Assembly: GCA_963720725.1 (NCBI GenBank) | Contig: CAVRGN010000006.1 | Location: 432 to 64,431 of the forward strand | Reading direction: 5' to 3' | Length of the DNA stretch: 64,000 nt | Source: an uncultured Alphaproteobacteria bacterium | GTDB taxonomy: Bacteria; Pseudomonadota; Alphaproteobacteria; Geminicoccales; Geminicoccaceae | In this document: piece after piece, positions 62,127 to 64,000 of the stretch | Layout: each line of letters opens with the position of its first letter | Numbering within the stretch: the stretch's first letter is position 1 | Made by a program: the position numbers and the translations under genes | Notes under the pieces: generated by a model | The model's input: the letters and a program-made list of their open reading frames with translations, nothing else | Database searches by the model: none | Told to the model about the DNA's origin: nothing

Positions 62127-62676
62127 CGGGCTGTCCCCTGCGGTGCCTTGACCAGGCGCGGCCGCGCTCGGCGGAAGCCAAGGCGGCGGGCACCACCGGC
62201 AACCTAGGACCCGGCCTCATCTGGCGCGATTACTACTAACGGCGCGCAAGCCTGCCCCAGGGCGCCCGGAACCTGCCTATCACGGGAACGATGGCCAAGC
62301 GGACGGCCCGCACGGCGATCGAGGGCCCATCATGGTAAGTGGCTGTACCCATTGGGTGTCGCGGAATATCCGAAAGGCGTACGGCGTCAGCCTTACGGCC
62401 ATAGCGGCCCGGCCTCCCTGAAACGCAACGCCGAACGTGGCTCCGCCGTAGAAGGACAATCCCCGCAGGCGATATATTCCACATAATTTCGCCTTGAACG
62501 TGTGCAGCATGGATTGTAGGTTTTCCATTAGGCCTGCACAGTAACAGGGCCCAGCGCATTGCGGTCATTCAGCAACCGCAGGTAATGCCGTGCGCCTGTC
62601 ACCCCGCCATGCTGCCGCGTGGTGACGCGTTCCTCTGCTCTCGGCGGAGCTCGTTTCCTTCAGCGGGGAACAGTTG

Positions 62677-64000
62677 ATGATGGAAACCTACCAATCCGAC
62701 CGCGCGTCGGATCGGATGCGGTCACGCGCGCCGGGCCCGGGCCCATTCGGCGCCGCGTGCAGACGGAGCCAGTGGCGGACTGCCACCGGCGTCGCCGCCC
62801 GGTTGGCAGCGCTGCTGCTGATCGGCGGCCCGGCCCTGGCCGTGGCACCCGTCGAGGCGGCCCAATCGCTCTGGTCCAATTCCGACGTACCGGCCACGCT
62901 GGCCGACAGCGACACGGCGGCGGTGGAATTGGGCGTCAAGTTCAGCAGTTCGGTCGCCGGCTCGGTCACTGGCGTCAGATTCTACAAGGGGCCTAGCAAT
63001 CGCGGCACCCACACGGGTAGCTTGTGGACCGCAAGTGGCACGAGACTTGCGCGAGGAACTTTCGTGAACGAGACTGCCTCTGGATGGCAGACCCTGATGT
63101 TCGCGGCCCCGGTGGTGATCGCCGCGAACACGACCTACGTCGCCTCGTACTACGCGCCGCAGGGGCGCTACGCCTTCACCAACGGCTACTTCGCGAGCGC
63201 GCGCACCAATGGCGTGCTGACCGCCCCGGCCAATGGCGGCGCTGGCAACGGGGTCTATCGCTACGGCAGGTCCGGCTTTCCCAGGCAGAGCTATCAGGCC
63301 TCGAATTACTGGATCGATGTCCTGGTCGAGGCCGGCTCGACGGCTCCACCTCCGCCACCGCCGCCAGCACCAGCACCAGTCGCTACCGGCGGCCCTCCCG
63401 CGGGCTACACGCTGGCGTGGAGCGACGAGTTCAACAGTCTGAGCCTCGGCGGTCCCGCGAGCGGCAAGAACTGGGCGCCGTACTTCACGGGATGGAACGT
63501 TCGTTACCTTGCGGGCAACAGCGATGACGCGGTGAAGGCCGGCGACTACGAGCAGTTGGTGAACGGCCGCAGCACGGCCGGCGACGCGCTGAGCCAGACC
63601 GGTCTCTGGGGATCGCGATCGGGCTACCTGCACGAGATCATGGGCGGGCAGCTCGCTCTGCGCGGCTACCCGGTGCCGAGCGGGCAGCAGTCGGCCTTCT
63701 GGGGCAAACCCTATGTCGCCAGCATGATCAGCGGCCAACCGAGCTTCTCACAGCGCTACGGTTATTGGGAGGTGCGACTGCGCCTGACCAACGTCAGCCA
63801 GGGACATCACTTCGCCGTCTGGCTCATGCCTACCGACAATTCCTGGCCGCCGGAGATCGACATGCTCGAGGTGGTCGGCTTGGATCCGAGCAAGTACCAC
63901 ATGACCTCGCACGGCTCCTCGAATGACCAGCTCGTCTGGTTTCACCCGAGCGATCCGACCGGCTGGCATACGCTCGGCTTTCTTTGGACGCCGGACAGGA
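62677..64000 (+). CDS. Secreted DUF4082 + Pro-linker + GH16 glycoside hydrolase, truncated by window end
   Basis: Open frame from ATG 62677 to 64000: VELGVKF..GVRFYKG..NETASGWQ..ASNYWIDV; PPPPPPPAPAP; WSDEFN, YGYWEVR, WPPEIDMLE (63853-63870). Confidence 0.88.
   Translation, partial: MMETYQSDRASDRMRSRAPGPGPFGAACRRSQWRTATGVAARLAALLLIGGPALAVAPVEAAQSLWSNSDVPATLADSDTAAVELGVKFSSSVAGSVTGVRFYKGPSNRGTHTGSLWTASGTRLARGTFVNETASGWQTLMFAAPVVIAANTTYVASYYAPQGRYAFTNGYFASARTNGVLTAPANGGAGNGVYRYGRSGFPRQSYQASNYWIDVLVEAGSTAPPPPPPPAPAPVATGGPPAGYTLAWSDEFNSLSLGGPASGKNWAPYFTGWNVRYLAGNSDDAVKAGDYEQLVNGRSTAGDALSQTGLWGSRSGYLHEIMGGQLALRGYPVPSGQQSAFWGKPYVASMISGQPSFSQRYGYWEVRLRLTNVSQGHHFAVWLMPTDNSWPPEIDMLEVVGLDPSKYHMTSHGSSNDQLVWFHPSDPTGWHTLGFLWTPDR

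Noticed and set aside
62236-62996. Short ORFs at 62236-62568, 62280-62528, 62619-62996 and 62722-63738(-)
   Set aside because: No motifs; they fall in the divergent promoter region or shadow the DUF4082-GH16 frame.

Overview
GC-rich alphaproteobacterial chromosome segment. The rpsT-dnaA-dnaN-recF-gyrB and mutM-ubiE-ubiB-coaBC-dut gene order suggests a Rhodospirillales/Geminicoccales-like organism (inference). Positions 1-2.2 kb are a defence-like edge: a visibly AT-richer, multiply frameshifted OLD-type ATPase-TOPRIM nuclease gene plus a brnT/RHH/XRE toxin-antitoxin trio. Positions 2.3-32.9 kb are mostly core genes (replication, ubiquinone, CoA, cysteine, heme, valine catabolism, ribosomal proteins), with a Ku-LigD NHEJ pair wedged between ubiB and coaBC. 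From about 33.2 kb, where two gene stumps mark a junction, the window is accessory and holds three candidate systems. (1) A minus-strand run encoding a three-subunit, thiocyanate-hydrolase-like cobalt enzyme (CTLCSCYPR motif), a NiCoT transporter, a clade II chlorite dismutase-like protein, three alpha/beta hydrolases and an EmrAB-type pump. (2) A sigma54/two-component module with twin TGGCACG-N4-GTGCAT promoters, encoding SCO, a multicopper oxidase whose Tat signal is hidden behind a frameshift, secreted orphans, a degenerate GH114 and a large MauG/BthA-like diheme protein. (3) An ECF sigma/anti-sigma pair whose periplasmic domain recurs in a divergently encoded lipoprotein next to a GSDDG-repeat protein. 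The window ends with an IS3 scar, a Wzx flippase and a DUF4082-GH16 gene that runs off the end and is absent from the ORF track. No tRNA, rRNA, CRISPR array or integrase was seen. All family assignments come from motif recognition by eye, not database searches.
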